Below, piece by piece: positions 47,001 to 56,470 of a stretch of DNA of 64,000 nt. This DNA is from an uncultured Planctomycetota bacterium (lineage in GTDB: Bacteria > Planctomycetota > PLA2 > JAEUHO01). Location of the stretch: NCBI GenBank assembly GCA_963772585.1, contig CAVYXV010000013.1, forward strand, positions 62,555 through 126,554. The letters are read 5' to 3'. Position numbers and translations under genes: made by a program. How positions within the stretch are numbered: the stretch's first letter is position 1; every line of letters starts with the position of its first letter. The notes under the pieces are model-generated. The model searched no databases. It was not told where the DNA came from and was given only the letters and a program-made list of their open reading frames with translations.

Positions 47001-47679
47001 GTCCCATACCGCGTTCCTGCCCGACGGACGCGGGCTCCTCCTGGCCTGGCCTTCCGGGCGCGTCCTCGTCCGTCCGGACGCCGGCCCGGAACGCGTACTC
47101 TCGACCGAGACCGGCGTTGCCGTGGTGGCGGTCAGCGTTTCCCCCGACGGCGCGCTCGCGGCGTACGGAAACGCCGAGGGACTCGTCCGCGTCCAGGACC
47201 TCGAAGACGGCCGCGAGGTGTGGTCCCGTCGCATCGGCGAGGCCGTGAACGACGTGGTCCTTTCGCCGGACGGCCGACGACTCGCCATCGCCGCGGCGGC
47301 GGCCCCGGTGCGCGTCTACTCCCTGGACGACGACCGGCGCTGGCCGTACGCCGACGACCTCCAGGACGCCACGGCCGTGCGGTGGGACCATGGCGGGGCG
47401 TCGCTCCTGATCGGCACCCCGGATGGAACGATGCACCGTCGGAACGAAGCAGGGGACGACCTCGCGATCTACCGGGCACCCGACGGCCCCCTCCAGGCGG
47501 TCGCCGCTTCCGCCGACGGGCGACTCGTCGCGACGCTCTCCCGGACCGGGGTCTTCCGCGTGTGGCACGCCACGGCGGAGAGCCTCCTCCAGGAGGCGCG
47601 GGCGCGCCCCCCGCGCGCACTGACCCCTGCGGAGCGTGCACGCTATCAGGACGTGCTGCCCCCGCGCGGCGGCGGGTAG
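44047..47679 (+). CDS. Ser/Thr protein kinase - transmembrane segment - WD40 beta-propeller protein
   Basis: AAAGGA RBS. Kinase motifs (VFRVRDR..DRDVVLKV, HRDLKPDNIM, DWGLAR, GTPGYIAPE). TM helix (LLGLLVFAVAGVLVSL). More than seven WD40-like repeats (SRDGSARLW, GADGDVRIW, SRDGTARLW, SMDGAVRLW...). Confidence 0.85.
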   Translation: MDESAIGWVDALLALDEERLLRIGVRHAAKLGRLRDKLALVGGHAPSPRAPGERYGDAHKIAQGSMGAVFRVRDRILDRDVVLKVLSPDPSGEEGCASPDEIRPPSATEAGGVDYESYRARFVEEARIAADLEHPGVVPVYDLGETPAGVPYQVLRMIRTERTLAGLLADAGRSHWRERRRLLDPFLDACDTIAYAHANEVMHRDLKPDNIMVGEFGQVFVVDWGLARRLGAPSDAARTPEDIRDRPSPRTPLTGIAGTPGYIAPEVLLQRTRYPDPRQDVYALGVILYEILAGRSLHPRVGLQEYLEWMKAGGEPSFEDVPWEPPPALVACCRDALDPDPERRLASVKELIRRIRLWREEEILEKLALRVEADFQAAAEAPEAQRLAIADRAGANLERLRRQGGAASTVDRLQRDLDELRARIHDEAIRLQRRRLLRTAGLLGLLVFAVAGVLVSLSLEARRKEVSAAYERASAAAENARRAQERTQSALGLALQAREAAETAKNRAASYGLVSASREVQLDDPALSYALANRAACCAGPPPERAVTRLHEAFAHLTEIRRIDASPTAVTAADWSPDHDLLVTGDAAGTLAGRSLDGTLTWTAEAHTDAVTTCVLSPDGSRILTTSRDGSARLWKADGTPVATLEGHEGPVLAGAFSPSGRQVATAGADGDVRIWNADGTSAGVLGGPDHGHQGEVGQLLWLPNGKGIVTGSRDGTARLWREDGKQWMVLNGHVGGVTSLATDAEGRFLLTGSMDGAVRLWDMKGVRLQELRAGEDAFPVLCVAVSPSGDLLVAGREDGSVAMWSEKGELQASMQVHEGPVRHIAFARAGLRVLTGSDDRTICAWDRTGRLVASHHGHHGGITKLLVAPGRGGFASASEDGTVRFWAWYGHEVFTRSEPGDPLTGVVPGPDDGSFVTWSDGVVRAWRPGATTPLPVARLPEGCRRWAAVAGAQGPFAALCAEGALVVDASGGRTEIPLPEGEAPSHTAFLPDGRGLLLAWPSGRVLVRPDAGPERVLSTETGVAVVAVSVSPDGALAAYGNAEGLVRVQDLEDGREVWSRRIGEAVNDVVLSPDGRRLAIAAAAAPVRVYSLDDDRRWPYADDLQDATAVRWDHGGASLLIGTPDGTMHRRNEAGDDLAIYRAPDGPLQAVAASADGRLVATLSRTGVFRVWHATAESLLQEARARPPRALTPAERARYQDVLPPRGGG

Positions 47680-47716
47680 CGTGGGATCGAACACCTTGAC
47701 GAATCCGGGAGAGGCC

Positions 47717-48655
47717 GTGCCGCCGAGCGATAGCCCCCACGAGACGTGCCTGGTCGAGCGCGGCCACGACCACACCTTCGGTCAGCAGCACCGCAAGACC
47801 GGTGAGAGCCGGACCAGGATCGTGATCGTCCTCACCGCGCTCATGATGGTCGCGGAGATCCTCGCGGGCCTGGCCTTCGGATCGATGGCCCTTCTGGCCG
47901 ACGGCCTCCACATGGCCTCGCACGCGGTGGCTCTCGCCATCACGGCCGTGGCGTACTACTACGCGAGACGCCACGCGACCGACGAGCGGTTCTCGTTCGG
48001 GACCGGAAAGGTGAATGCGCTCGGCGGCTACACCGGCGCCGTCCTGCTCGGGATCTTCGCCGCCTTCATGGCCGTCGAGAGCTTCCGCCGCTTCTTTCAA
48101 CCGGTGACCATCCAGTTCGACCAGGCCATCCTCGTCGCGACGATCGGACTCGTCGTGAACGCGGTGAGCGCGTGGGTCCTGGGGAGCGGTCACCACGAGC
48201 ACGACGAGCACGGCCATCACCACCACGACCACAACCTGCGCTCCGCCTACCTCCACGTGCTGGCCGACGCCCTGACCTCGCTCGCCGCCATCGTCGCGCT
48301 CCTCGCCGGCAAGTACTTCCAGCTCGGCTGGATGGATCCCGCAATGGGGGTCTTGGGCGGCGCGCTCGTCGCCCGATGGTCGGTGGGCCTGCTGCGCCAG
48401 AGCGGGCGCGTCCTCCTCGACCGCCAAGCGCCGGAGGACGTCCGCCGCGAGGTCGGCCGGGCCGTGGAGGAAGGGAGCACCGACCGCGTGAGCGATCTCC
48501 ACGTCTGGTCCATCGGGCCGGGGATCTGGGCGGCGGAGATCGTGGTGCTGGCCGAGGAACCGCGGCCGCCCGAGCACTACAAGGAGCGCCTGCCCCGGGG
48601 TCTGGGCCTCGTACACGTGACCGTCGAGGTCCTTCCCTGCGTCCACGGGGGGTAG
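47717..48655 (+). CDS. cation diffusion facilitator (CDF) family metal efflux transporter (CzcD/ZitB-like)
   Basis: GTG with GGGAGAGG upstream. TM core with HxxxD metal-site motifs (HMASHAVAL, HVLADALTS). His-rich loop (HHEHDEHGHHHHDH). C-terminal cytoplasmic domain. Confidence 0.8.
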   Translation: MPPSDSPHETCLVERGHDHTFGQQHRKTGESRTRIVIVLTALMMVAEILAGLAFGSMALLADGLHMASHAVALAITAVAYYYARRHATDERFSFGTGKVNALGGYTGAVLLGIFAAFMAVESFRRFFQPVTIQFDQAILVATIGLVVNAVSAWVLGSGHHEHDEHGHHHHDHNLRSAYLHVLADALTSLAAIVALLAGKYFQLGWMDPAMGVLGGALVARWSVGLLRQSGRVLLDRQAPEDVRREVGRAVEEGSTDRVSDLHVWSIGPGIWAAEIVVLAEEPRPPEHYKERLPRGLGLVHVTVEVLPCVHGG

Positions 48656-48691
48656 GAACCCGAGCCTCTGCGCAGCGCCCCGCGCGGGGGG

Positions 48692-49216
48692 CTACTCCAT
48701 GCGGCGGAAGACGAGGCGGAAGGGGGCGCTCGCCGTGGGCTTGACCCGGAGCCTCCGCCCCTCCAGCGTCCCCGTGATCGTCTCCGGGGCGTCGAGCATC
48801 TCGCCGCGCTCCTCGACCTGCACCAGCGTGAGGATGTCGCCCTCCCTGCTCCACGTGCCCCTTCCGACGGCCTCGCCGGACTCCCCCGGCGTCTCGGTCC
48901 GCATCGCGAAGGTGCCGTCCGCGTGGAACACGAGGCGCGCCCCGCGGAGCCGCCTCACCACGCCGGGGCGCATGTTCTCCAACGCCGCTTCACGGAGGGT
49001 CCGGATGTCCTCTTCGCTCTTGCCCTCGCGAGGGATCCGGATCGTGCGAAGGACCATCTCGTCGATGTCCGGCGCCACGGCGTCCACGTCCACCTGCCAG
49101 GTCCCGACGAGGTCCGACGCCCGCGCCCGGGCGGACGACGTCCCCGAGGGTTCGTTTCCCCGACCGCATCCCCCGACGAGCGCGGCCACGAGCAGGCAGG
49201 GTCCCAGGACGCGCAT
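48692..49216 (-). CDS. small hypothetical lipoprotein
   Basis: ATG at 49216. Lipobox LVGGCG. No known domain. Confidence 0.5.
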   Translation of the reverse strand: MRVLGPCLLVAALVGGCGRGNEPSGTSSARARASDLVGTWQVDVDAVAPDIDEMVLRTIRIPREGKSEEDIRTLREAALENMRPGVVRRLRGARLVFHADGTFAMRTETPGESGEAVGRGTWSREGDILTLVQVEERGEMLDAPETITGTLEGRRLRVKPTASAPFRLVFRRME

Positions 49217-49281
49217 CGGGTTCCTCCCGCCCACGAACACGACGAATGTATCCCGCTCCGCCGGGCCGGCGGCCCCGGGGA

Positions 49282-49836
49282 TCAGCCGCTGGGTGCGCTC
49301 GCCTCCCGACGTCGCCGTCGGAGCACGAGGACGGTCCCCCACAGGGCGAGCAGCGGGACCCAGAGCCGGGTCAGCTCCCAGCCCGCGATCTCCGCTCCGC
49401 GGGCCGTGAAGAAGCCCCGGATGGAGAGCGGGGCCACGGGAATGGGGGTCCAGGGAAGGAAGGTGCGCTCCGTGCGGAAGGGAGCGAGGAAGGCGACGCC
49501 CAGTCCGCCGGTGGTCATCGCGTCCAGGACGCCGTGGCTGGCCGTCGCGAGCACGAGGGCGGTGGCCGCGCGCCCCCAACCGAGGCCCGTTCTCCGGGAG
49601 AAGATCGCAGCGGCGACAGCCCCCACCACCACCGCGAACAAGACGCCGTGGGTGATCCCGCGGTGCCCCCACGGGTCGGCATAGGCCACGTGGGCGTAGC
49701 GCATCAGCAGGACGTCGGCGTCGGGAAGCGCGGCGAGCAGCGCCCCGGCGACGCGCAGTCCCGTTCCCCCCTGCGGCCCGCCGACCACGTCCGCGATCAC
49801 CAGCCCGGCGAGCGCGTGCGTGGGGATCGTCGCCAT
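49282..49836 (-). CDS. membrane-bound metal-dependent hydrolase (DUF457/YdjM-like)
   Basis: Multi-TM protein with conserved His/Asp positions (HRGITHG, SHGVLD) typical of the family. Confidence 0.65.
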   Translation of the reverse strand: MATIPTHALAGLVIADVVGGPQGGTGLRVAGALLAALPDADVLLMRYAHVAYADPWGHRGITHGVLFAVVVGAVAAAIFSRRTGLGWGRAATALVLATASHGVLDAMTTGGLGVAFLAPFRTERTFLPWTPIPVAPLSIRGFFTARGAEIAGWELTRLWVPLLALWGTVLVLRRRRREASAPSG

Positions 49837-49898
49837 CCTCGCGATGGTAGCGGCGGCACGAGGAGGCTCGTCAGGACGGCTTGGTAGGCTTGGCGCGC

Positions 49899-51605
49899 AT
49901 GCGCCCCGGCCCCCCCCACCCCCCCGGCTCCGGCGGCGCCGACTGGGCTGCGAGCATCGCGCAGGAGCCGGCCGCGCGGTTCGCGGTGGCCGTGCTCGTC
50001 CTGTGCACGGTCCTGAGCGCGTTCGTCGCCCGCGACCTGTGGTCGCCCGACGAACAGCGCTACGGTCAGGTGGGACGCGAGATCCTCCATGGCGGCGACT
50101 GGCTCGTCCTCCACCTCGGCGAGAGGCCGTACGCGGAGAAGCCTCCCGTCTACTTCTGGGCGGAGGCCCTGGTGTCCCTTCCGTTCGGCGGGGTGTCTTC
50201 GTTCACGGCCCGGCTCACGGGTTGTCTCTTCGCCGCGGGAGCGTACCTGCTCGTGTTCCTCCTGGGGCGCCGGTGGTTCGCGAGCGAGGCGGCCGGGGCG
50301 ATCGCCGCGCTGGCCTTCGGCACGAACCTGCTTCTGCTCCAGAACGGGACGCGGGCGACGATGGACCTCGCCCTGGCGTTCTTCGTGCTGGCGGCGGTGG
50401 AGCGGGGATCGGCCTGGTTGCGCCGGGGCGGCACGTGGCGCGCCCTCCTCGCCGGTCTCGCCTGGGCGGCCGGCACGCTGACGAAGGGGCCGATGGGCGC
50501 GCTCCTCCCGCCGATCGCGCTGGCGGGCGAAGCGCTCTTCCTCGCGCGACGGCCGGCGTGGCGCGCGCCGGGGTGGTGGCTCGCCCCCCTCGCCTTCGCG
50601 GGCGCCACGCTCGCGTGGGCGCTTCCCGCCGCCCACGCGGGCGGCGAGGCGTACCGGCAACGGTTGTTCGGTCAGATCACGTCCCGGGTGTCGGGCACGG
50701 AGGGACACCACGTCCTGGGAGCAGGGTGGTATTGGGGGGTCCTCGCCGTGACCTCCCTGCCCTGGCTCCTCCACTTCGCCCTGGGCACGATGTACGGCGC
50801 CACCTGCTACCGCCGGGAGCATCGCGCGGGGCTCGCCGCCGCCACGGGAGCCGGCGTCCTCGGGATGACGATGCTCTTCCTCGCGGCGACGAAGCGGGAG
50901 GTCTACCTGATCACGCCGCTCCCCTTCCTCGCGCTGTCGGCGGGGGCGGTCGTCGCCAGGCACGGCTTCCCTCGCCTCCTCGCCGTCGCGCGCGGCCTCC
51001 TCGTGGCGGCCCCGCTGGGCGGGCTCTTGTTGACACTCGCGCTGCCCTTCTTCGGGCTCCGCTTCCTCGTCGCCGAGCAGCCATGGCCCGCGGCGCCGTA
51101 CGACGCCGGGCGCCTGCTCCATCTGCTCCCCGCCGCCGCGGTCTTCGCCGTGGGCGCCGCGTGGGTGCTTCGGGTGCACCGGGACGGCGTCCGCGTCGCG
51201 CTCCGAGCCGGAACGGTCCTGGCGATCGGGGCGTTGCTCGTGAAGGCCGGCCTGTTCCCCGAGATCGACCGCGTCAAGTCCTTCTCCGCGGCGGCGCGGC
51301 TCGCGACGAGCGCGGCACACGACGGTCGTGTGGTGATCGCGGGACCGATCGGTGCGGACTGGCTCTGGAACCTGGGCACCACCCGGCTCGACCGCGCCGC
51401 GGCCCTCCCCGACCTCCTGGAGCGCATGGAGGCTCCCGGCGGTCCCCGCACGGCGCTCGTCGAGTCGAAGTGGTGGGACGACATGCGGGACGTGGCCCGC
51501 CGCCGCGCCCCCGAGCTCGCGACGCAGGCCGAGCGACTCGCCGAGGTCGGCCGCGCCCGGGCCGAGCATCGCACCTGGATCGTCCTGCAGGACGAGGGAA
51601 GGTGA
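49899..51605 (+). CDS. GT39/GT83-type glycosyltransferase (ArnT / PMT-like, undecaprenyl-phosphate-sugar dependent)
   Basis: About 12 TM helices. N-terminal DEQRYGQVGREIL...PYAEKPPVYFW motif of the ArnT/PMT_2 family. Start could also be the TTG at 49881. Confidence 0.75.
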   Translation: MRPGPPHPPGSGGADWAASIAQEPAARFAVAVLVLCTVLSAFVARDLWSPDEQRYGQVGREILHGGDWLVLHLGERPYAEKPPVYFWAEALVSLPFGGVSSFTARLTGCLFAAGAYLLVFLLGRRWFASEAAGAIAALAFGTNLLLLQNGTRATMDLALAFFVLAAVERGSAWLRRGGTWRALLAGLAWAAGTLTKGPMGALLPPIALAGEALFLARRPAWRAPGWWLAPLAFAGATLAWALPAAHAGGEAYRQRLFGQITSRVSGTEGHHVLGAGWYWGVLAVTSLPWLLHFALGTMYGATCYRREHRAGLAAATGAGVLGMTMLFLAATKREVYLITPLPFLALSAGAVVARHGFPRLLAVARGLLVAAPLGGLLLTLALPFFGLRFLVAEQPWPAAPYDAGRLLHLLPAAAVFAVGAAWVLRVHRDGVRVALRAGTVLAIGALLVKAGLFPEIDRVKSFSAAARLATSAAHDGRVVIAGPIGADWLWNLGTTRLDRAAALPDLLERMEAPGGPRTALVESKWWDDMRDVARRRAPELATQAERLAEVGRARAEHRTWIVLQDEGR

Positions 51606-51980
51606 GAGGGCGGAGGGGGGCCCCGGCGCCCTTGCATGCTGGACTCTCCGCTCCAACAACGCCCACTCCCGCTTCTCCCAGACTACCGGCCGGGCTCTCG
51701 AGGCATCGCGTTCGGGCTTCCGCCGTCGCGGCGGGCGATGCCCCTTCCTCGCCGCGTGCGCGTACCGCCGCCGCCCGCCGCCACCGACCCGCACCCCGAC
51801 ACGACTGATGATGAGAGTCGCTCTCGACGAGTTCCGTGACGTTCATCCGCTCGGTGGCGCGAACCCGCATTGCGCCCGTGCCGTGGTCCACGAGACTCTA
51901 GCGATCCGAACGATTGGTCTTGCCCATCGGTCCCGGAAGGGGTGAAACGGCATCGCCGACCGTCGCCGAGGGAGGACGTC

Positions 51981-52871
51981 ATGCGGATCCCGGGTCTGAT
52001 CGTGTTGGGCGCGCTCGTGCTCGGCGTGGGTGCTTGCGGCACAGGCGCGGGTTCCACGACACCGGGCACCCCCCTCGTGACGGTGCAGGGCGTCGTGATG
52101 GCGACGGACGGCTCCACCGCGTCGGTCGACGGCATCGACGTCGCCTGCCCCGAGGCAGGCGTACAGGTCACGACCGACGCGGAGGGACGATTCCAGTTCC
52201 AGGTTCCGATGGACCAGACGTTCCACATGGGCTTCGCGGACCCGACGTGGCCCGTGACCGGCCAACACCGCGGCGTCGATCAAGAGCCCTCCGATCCGAC
52301 GGCGGACCCCACGGAGGTCGATGGCTCCATCGTCACGTGCCGCCCCGAACAGCCTCTCCCCTGGTGCGACGTCGAGGTCTACCTCGAGGAGGGTGAGGTC
52401 GCCGAGTGCGACGTGCACTGGTACGGCGCCGACGGCGACAGCCACGACGGCGAAGACGTCCTCGAGTGCATGGGGCCCTGGCACGACTCGGGTGTCCTCG
52501 CCGAGGTCGAAACCACGCTCGAAGGTGCCTGCATGACCGTCGAGTGCGAGGTCGAGGGACTGCCCGCGGACACCTCTTACCAGATCGTGATGATGGACGC
52601 CGACGGAAACGTCCGGCCCCTGGCCATGCTCGACGTGGACGATGGGGGCACGGGTCACATGGAGTGGTCGTGGTGCGATGGCGACGACCTCCCCTTCGAC
52701 GCCATGATACCGGCCGACTGCCTCGGGTACGGGATGGCGATCCTCGACGCCCAGGGCGAGATGGTCTTCCAGGGCCACCTTCCGCAGGGCGAGATGTACG
52801 CCGGCCATCACCACGGCGGCGGGATGGGTGGTATGGGCGGCATGGGCGGCATGGGACCGTACGCCCGCTAG
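51981..52871 (+). CDS. lipoprotein with a carboxypeptidase-regulatory-like domain, an acidic Cys-containing middle, and a C-terminal HHHGGGMGGMGGMGGMG tail
   Basis: GGGAGGA RBS. Lipobox GVGACG. VQGVVMATDG...VTTDAEGRFQFQVP resembles CarbopepD_reg. The Met/Gly/His-rich C-terminus is typical of Cu(I)/Ag(I)-binding periplasmic proteins. Confidence 0.6.
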   Translation: MRIPGLIVLGALVLGVGACGTGAGSTTPGTPLVTVQGVVMATDGSTASVDGIDVACPEAGVQVTTDAEGRFQFQVPMDQTFHMGFADPTWPVTGQHRGVDQEPSDPTADPTEVDGSIVTCRPEQPLPWCDVEVYLEEGEVAECDVHWYGADGDSHDGEDVLECMGPWHDSGVLAEVETTLEGACMTVECEVEGLPADTSYQIVMMDADGNVRPLAMLDVDDGGTGHMEWSWCDGDDLPFDAMIPADCLGYGMAILDAQGEMVFQGHLPQGEMYAGHHHGGGMGGMGGMGGMGPYAR

Positions 52872-52880
52872 CCGGCACGA

Positions 52881-52906
52881 CCCACGAACGGACGTTGCAT
52901 CGCGCG
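52881..52906 (+). promoter_or_regulatory. copy (d) of the recurrent motif (cccacgaacGGacgttgcatcGCgcgg)
   Basis: Same core as copies a-c; sits 10 nt after the 51981 gene stop and 190 nt upstream of the 53096 lipoprotein gene. Confidence 0.35.
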
Positions 52907-53095
52907 GCCCTCGTGTCCGGGGCCGGGAGGACTCCAAGGAGGCGAGTCCGGCGGGCGAGAGGGATCCCGTCTGGCGAATCGGTCGTACGCGTCTCGCGCC
53001 CGGAACCTCGGTTGCTCGTCGTCCGCGAGCCTACGGACGAGGGCGTTTCGGACGGGATCTTCCCCCGCCCCCTTCCGACGGGTAGAACGCTCCGC

Positions 53096-54133
53096 ATGCG
53101 CTCCGCCCGGCTCCTGCTCTGCTCGGTCCTTCTCGGGCTCGCCGCCTGCGGTCTCGGCGACGGCCGGCCCGAGAGCATCCAGGGGCCCTGGTGGCTGACC
53201 CGCTACGTGGACGGCGTCGCCCAGGATCCGATCCACCTGACCGTCGCCCAGAGCGGCTCGGACATCCAGGTGCGCTTCAGCTGCGACGACACCAGTCCGG
53301 TCGGCATCGGCAGCTACCTGGACGGCACCTTCGGCGTCCTGTTCGACTTCGGGGGCGGCGACACGGCCCACCTGCAGGGGCTCCGGATCGCGACCGGCAT
53401 CGTGGGCACGTTCAACGCCGGCCCCGAGTCGGGTACGTTTCTCATGGTGCCGGCACCGTCGTACCTCGATTGCTCCATGGCGTGCGCCCCCGTCGCACCT
53501 CTGAGGTTCGTGGACACGTCCTTCACCGAGTTGGACAAGATCGAGCGCATCTCCCTCTTCCGCTCCTCCGCGGGTCACTCGTACGTCGATGGCTGCGAGA
53601 CGTGCCGCAGCATGAAGCACTACTTCGCCCCCTACGCCGCCTGGCGGATGAACGACGCCGTGGAGGTCTACGCGCCGGTGAACGGCACGATCGTCTCCAT
53701 CCAGGACGAGGGCCACGGCGCCAGCGTCGGAGACACCAACAAGCAGGTCCGCATCCGCTCGAGCGCCCACCCCGACTACACCTTCGTGCTCTTCCACGTG
53801 GACCTCACGGCCCCCGTCGTGACACCCGGGTCCCTCGTGACCGCGGGCCAGGTGCTCGGGCACGCGAGACTGGAGTACCCCGACATCCCGGAGGTCGCGG
53901 ACAACTTCGACATCGGCGTGCGGGTCCACACGGCGTTCGGCGAGCGCTTCGTCTCGTGGTTCGACGTCCTGACCGACGCGGCGTTCGCCGCCTATGTCGC
54001 CCGGGGGGCTTCGGCGCGCTCGGACTTCGTGATCTCCGAGGCCGCACGGGACGCGGATCCGCTGACCTGCGACGGCGAGGCGTTCACCTCCACGGGCACC
54101 CTCAACGCCTGGGTGATGCTCGATCCTCCGTAA
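53096..54133 (+). CDS. lipoprotein with a degenerate M23/LytM-like peptidase domain
   Basis: Lipobox LLGLAACG. GHSYVDG (HxxxD), APVNGTIVS, and FHVDL...GSLVTAGQVLGHA resemble M23 motifs. Confidence 0.55.
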   Translation: MRSARLLLCSVLLGLAACGLGDGRPESIQGPWWLTRYVDGVAQDPIHLTVAQSGSDIQVRFSCDDTSPVGIGSYLDGTFGVLFDFGGGDTAHLQGLRIATGIVGTFNAGPESGTFLMVPAPSYLDCSMACAPVAPLRFVDTSFTELDKIERISLFRSSAGHSYVDGCETCRSMKHYFAPYAAWRMNDAVEVYAPVNGTIVSIQDEGHGASVGDTNKQVRIRSSAHPDYTFVLFHVDLTAPVVTPGSLVTAGQVLGHARLEYPDIPEVADNFDIGVRVHTAFGERFVSWFDVLTDAAFAAYVARGASARSDFVISEAARDADPLTCDGEAFTSTGTLNAWVMLDPP

Positions 54134-54257
54134 CCCACCGCAGGCGGCGCCGCCGGGACCAAGATCCCTCCGGGACGCGGCTCGGGGCGAGCATGCGGTT
54201 CCCCCTCCGACACCGGCGTCTTGTGGAGGCCGGGTTCTGGAGTAGACTTCTGCCAAT

Positions 54258-54737
54258 ATGTCGCATCCCGCCGGGAAGGCCCTGCTGATGGCGGCCACGG
54301 TCCTTGCGCTCGTGGTGGCCCCCGCTGTTCCGGCGCAGTGCCTTTGCGGAGAGAGCCACGGCCGCGCAGGCTCGCAGCACGTCGCGTCCCTGCCCTCCTG
54401 CTGCGCCGACGAGCACGAGTCCTCCTGCGGCGCAGCGGGCACCGAGGACGCATGCGGCCACGGATGTACGGGTGCGCAGCCCGAAGGCGGCCCCTGTCGC
54501 CGGCCCGACTGCCCCTGCCGCCACCGCCCCCCGCTCGTCAGCTCGCTCACGGGCACCCTCGGCGCGTCGATGCTCTCCCTCGGCACGACCCCCACGACCT
54601 TCCTCGCGCCCTGGGCGTCGTGGGGTCGGCCGGGCGTCCCGATTCCGGCATCGGCGGCTGTTCGCCAGGGGGCGTTTCCCGTCGAACGACCACCTGGTTC
54701 GCTCGGCCGCCTCGCCACCCAGGTCCTCCTGATCTAG
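54258..54737 (+). CDS. small secreted Cys/His-rich hypothetical protein
   Basis: Hydrophobic N-terminus, 13 Cys in ~60 aa (CLCGESHG...CCADEHESSCG...CGHGCTG...CRRPDCPC). Weak RBS. Positioned at the head of the metal-efflux cluster. Confidence 0.35.
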   Translation: MSHPAGKALLMAATVLALVVAPAVPAQCLCGESHGRAGSQHVASLPSCCADEHESSCGAAGTEDACGHGCTGAQPEGGPCRRPDCPCRHRPPLVSSLTGTLGASMLSLGTTPTTFLAPWASWGRPGVPIPASAAVRQGAFPVERPPGSLGRLATQVLLI

Positions 54738-54972
54738 CCGCTCCCCTACCCGGTTGAACGGCGGCGCGCCTCCTACGCGAAGGGCGACCGCCTTTTCGAA
54801 GCACGGCGCGGAGGCGCGGGGCGCGCCCCCACCACGACCGACGTGCTTCTCTTGCCCGGCCCGCACGGCGATTCGCCGCGGAGTTTCGATCGAACGTCGA
54901 AACGAGTAGGGTCGAACCGGAACCCGGAGTCGGTTGCGCCCAGGACCCGTCGTCCTGGACGGGAGGTACGAC

Positions 54973-56470
54973 ATGCACACCAGGAGGAACCCTCCGGCCG
55001 CCGTGGTGGCGTGCACCCTGTTGCTCGCACTCGCGTCGTGCCGGACGTCCAGGGGGACCCTTGCCTCCCCCGGGGAGCGCGTGTCCACCACCTCGGAGGT
55101 GGCCACCGGCGCGCACGGTGGGCGTGAGGTCGCGGCGACCCACCCGCCGGGAACGCCCCCGGTCGCAGAGCCGGCGACGCCGGCCGCTCCGACGCGACCG
55201 GGCCCCGCCGGACACCGGACGGTCTCGACCCCGCTGCTCTCCATCCTGTCCATGACCTTCACGCGAAATCCGGACATCCGGCGGGCTCGCGCCCAGTGGC
55301 GGGCGGCGATCGAGAAGATCCCGCAGGCGAAGGCGCTCCCCGATCCCTCGTTCCAGGTCCTCCACTGGGTGGAGAGCGTGGAGACGCGGGTCGGCCCGCA
55401 GGAACAGGCCTTCACGCTCACACAGAAGATCCCGTGGCCCGCGAAGCTCGCGAACGCGGGTCGCGTGGCGGAGGCGGGTGCACGCATCGCCGCATTGCGG
55501 TACTCGGCGGTTGTCCGCGACGCGCTCGCGGCGGCGAAGGCGTCCTACTACGAGTATTCCTATCTCGTCCGGGCGCGCGAACTCGTCAGGCAGAACCAGG
55601 AGATCGCCGCCCGCCTCGCCGGTCTCGGCGCGGAGATGATGGCCGAGGACAGGGCCCTCCTGATCGACGTCCTCAAGGCCCAGTCGCAACTCGCGCAGCT
55701 CCAGTACGACCTGATCACCCTCGAGGAACTGATCGCGGCCGAGCGAACCCGGCTGAACGGTTTGATGAACCGCCAACCCGACGAGCCGATTCCGGAGCCG
55801 CCCGAACCACTCTTCCCTCGTCTCGTGATTTCCGTCGACAGGCTCTTCCAGCTCGCGATGTCGAATCGGGAGGAGATCCGCATCGCGGATCGGACCATCC
55901 AGCAGGCGTGCGCCCGCCTCGCCCTGGCGCACAGCCAGGCCCGCCCCGACTTCACGCTCGGTGGAACCTGGATCCGCGTGGGGGAGAACAGCGCCGCCGC
56001 CGCGCCTCCCCCCCGACAGCGGCAAGGACGCGTGGGGCGTCGTGCTGGGCGTCAGTATTCCGCTCTGGGCGAACAAGAACGCCGCGGTGATCCGCCAGGC
56101 GGACGCGGAGCGCGACGCCGCGGTCGCCGGACGGGCGTCGGTTGTCGTCGAGACGAAGACGATGATCCAGGACGCCTACACGAAGCTCTCCAACGCCGAG
56201 CGACTCGTACTCCTGTACCGCGACAGTCTCGTCCCCCAAGCGGAACAGGTGATGCTGTCCACGGAGGAACTGGCCCGAGAAGACCGTATGCGCCTCGGGG
56301 ACTACCTCGAGGCCCAGACGGTCTGGCTCAACTTCACCCTCGCCAAGGAGCGCGCCCTCGCGGACTACCAGCAGGCGATCGCTCGGCTGGAGCGCCTGAC
56401 CGGTGCCAACCTCGCCCCTTCCCCCCCGCAGCCGCCCATGGCGGCCCCCACCGAAGAGGAGTCGCGATGA
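54973..56470 (+). CDS. TolC/CusC-family outer-membrane efflux lipoprotein (copy 1), interrupted by a +1 frameshift at a C7 tract (56008-56014)
   Basis: GGGAGG RBS. Lipobox LLALASC. The N-terminal half is in frame 1 up to ...ENSAAAAPP. The C-terminal half (ORF 55961..56470, DSGKDAWGVVLGVSIPLW...) is in frame 2. Removing one C restores a contiguous OMP. Confidence 0.7.
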
